From Stramenopiles sp. TOSAG23-2 (lineage: Eukaryota), in NCBI GenBank assembly GCA_900128395.1, contig LT649349.1:1-34664 (forward strand): a DNA stretch of 34,664 nucleotides, written 5' to 3'. Shown piece after piece: positions 33,737 to 34,664 of the stretch (position 1 is the stretch's first letter; every line of letters starts with the position of its first letter). The notes beneath the pieces are model-generated. The model saw nothing but the letters and a program-made list of their open reading frames with translations. It was not told the DNA's origin and searched no databases. Made by a program: the position numbers and the translations under genes.

Positions 33737-34609
33737 TTAAACAACACAGCGTTCTACGTTTTTATAGCTTTTACAAACTTCGAAGATTTCGTTTTTGCCA
33801 GCATTAGTGACATTGTTGTTATACAAAGCAAGATGTGTCATTCCTTTCATTTCTTTCAATGCAGGTACAAGCTTTTCAATACCAATATCAGTGATGGCGT
33901 TATTCTCCAATTGAAGACCTGCCATTCCTTTCATTTCTTTCAATGCAGGTACAAGCATTTCAATACCAATATCAGTAATTTTGATATTATACAAATGAAG
34001 CCATGCCATTCCTTTCATTTCTTTCAATGCAGGTACAAGCTTTTCAATACCAATATCAGTGATTTTGTTACTACCCAAACCAAGACGTCTCATTCCTTTC
34101 ATTTCTTTCAATGCAGGTACAAGCATTTCAATACCAATATCAGTGATTTTGTTATTATGCAAATAAAGACGTGCCGTATTTATCAACTCCATGACCTTGA
34201 GAATAGTCTCTCGTGTCAAAGATTCTCCCCCCTTTGTTATTGTTGGTGTTGCCAATATTTTGTTACCGCCGTTCCGAAAAAAATCATCGCACATTGGCAA
34301 ATCTTCTTTTGTATACCATTCACATGATTGATAATTATTTTTTAACAAATATGTTTCTTTCGTATGAACCATCGTATCTGGTATAATAGAAATAATAATA
34401 GATATTACTAGAAATAACATCATAAACATGACAACACGTTTATGAATGTTATTATTCTTTTCATCTATTATATTATATAGTATTGTAGCTTGTGCAATAA
34501 GGACATATGATATCCATATATATACATATATATGATCATAATTTGGTATCAACAACCATAATACAATAATTGGTATGATTAAAAACAATATCGCACGAAA
34601 AATAATCCA
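33737..34609 (-). CDS. Multi-pass transmembrane protein with C-terminal RNI-like 28-aa leucine-rich repeats, 5'-incomplete
   Basis: Three hydrophobic helices are followed by five xxLxLxxNxITDIGIExLVPALKEMKGM-type repeats (84-nt DNA repeats, ~33840-34175). The frame is open up to the junction at 34610 with no ATG ahead of the first helix. Confidence 0.8.
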   Translation of the reverse strand, partial: WIIFRAILFLIIPIIVLWLLIPNYDHIYVYIWISYVLIAQATILYNIIDEKNNNIHKRVVMFMMLFLVISIIISIIPDTMVHTKETYLLKNNYQSCEWYTKEDLPMCDDFFRNGGNKILATPTITKGGESLTRETILKVMELINTARLYLHNNKITDIGIEMLVPALKEMKGMRRLGLGSNKITDIGIEKLVPALKEMKGMAWLHLYNIKITDIGIEMLVPALKEMKGMAGLQLENNAITDIGIEKLVPALKEMKGMTHLALYNNNVTNAGKNEIFEVCKSYKNVERCVV

Positions 34610-34664
34610 ATAAACTTACCTTTTGCAATACGCGCTGCTCTCATAATTAAACTCATTTTGTTTC
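34610..34664 (-). repeat. Exact 55-bp inverted copy of the cox1-c exon 1 region (29427-29481 / 29524-29578)
   Basis: The reverse complement reads gaaacaaaatgagtttaattatgagagcagcgcgtattgcaaaaggtaagtttat, identical to the start of the 97-bp duplicated unit. Confidence 0.95.

Overview
AT-rich, gene-dense eukaryotic nuclear DNA with short GT-AG introns, CT(A/G)AC branch sites, poly-Asn/Gln tracts and (TA)n microsatellites. It is probably from a heterotrophic protist, and a stramenopile is an inference. Recognisable genes are a LACTB2-like metallo-beta-lactamase, a PUB-domain protein ending in a KPWE peroxin domain, a truncated Hv1-like proton channel, PEX5, XPD/ERCC2, ISCA2, a polycystin-2-type channel, a membrane-anchored TTL-family ligase and a nucleus-encoded Cox1 C-terminal peptide (Cox1-c). 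Less well defined genes encode a secreted Cys-rich putative glycoside hydrolase, several F-box-like/ankyrin paralogs, a secreted EGF protein, an EF-hand coiled-coil protein and a TM-LRR protein. Intergenic DNA holds two MITE-like inverted-repeat elements and older tandem repeats. Several exact or near-exact 97-173 bp tandem duplications, two exact 55-bp repeats and abrupt gene truncations point to assembly or amplification artefacts, so apparent frameshifts and gene neighbourhoods need caution. The most interesting biology is (i) F-box-like/ankyrin and LRR proteins that vary mainly at predicted binding surfaces, a candidate protist immune-like repertoire, (ii) a PUB-KPWE protein that could link p97 to peroxisomal import, and (iii) the split cox1.
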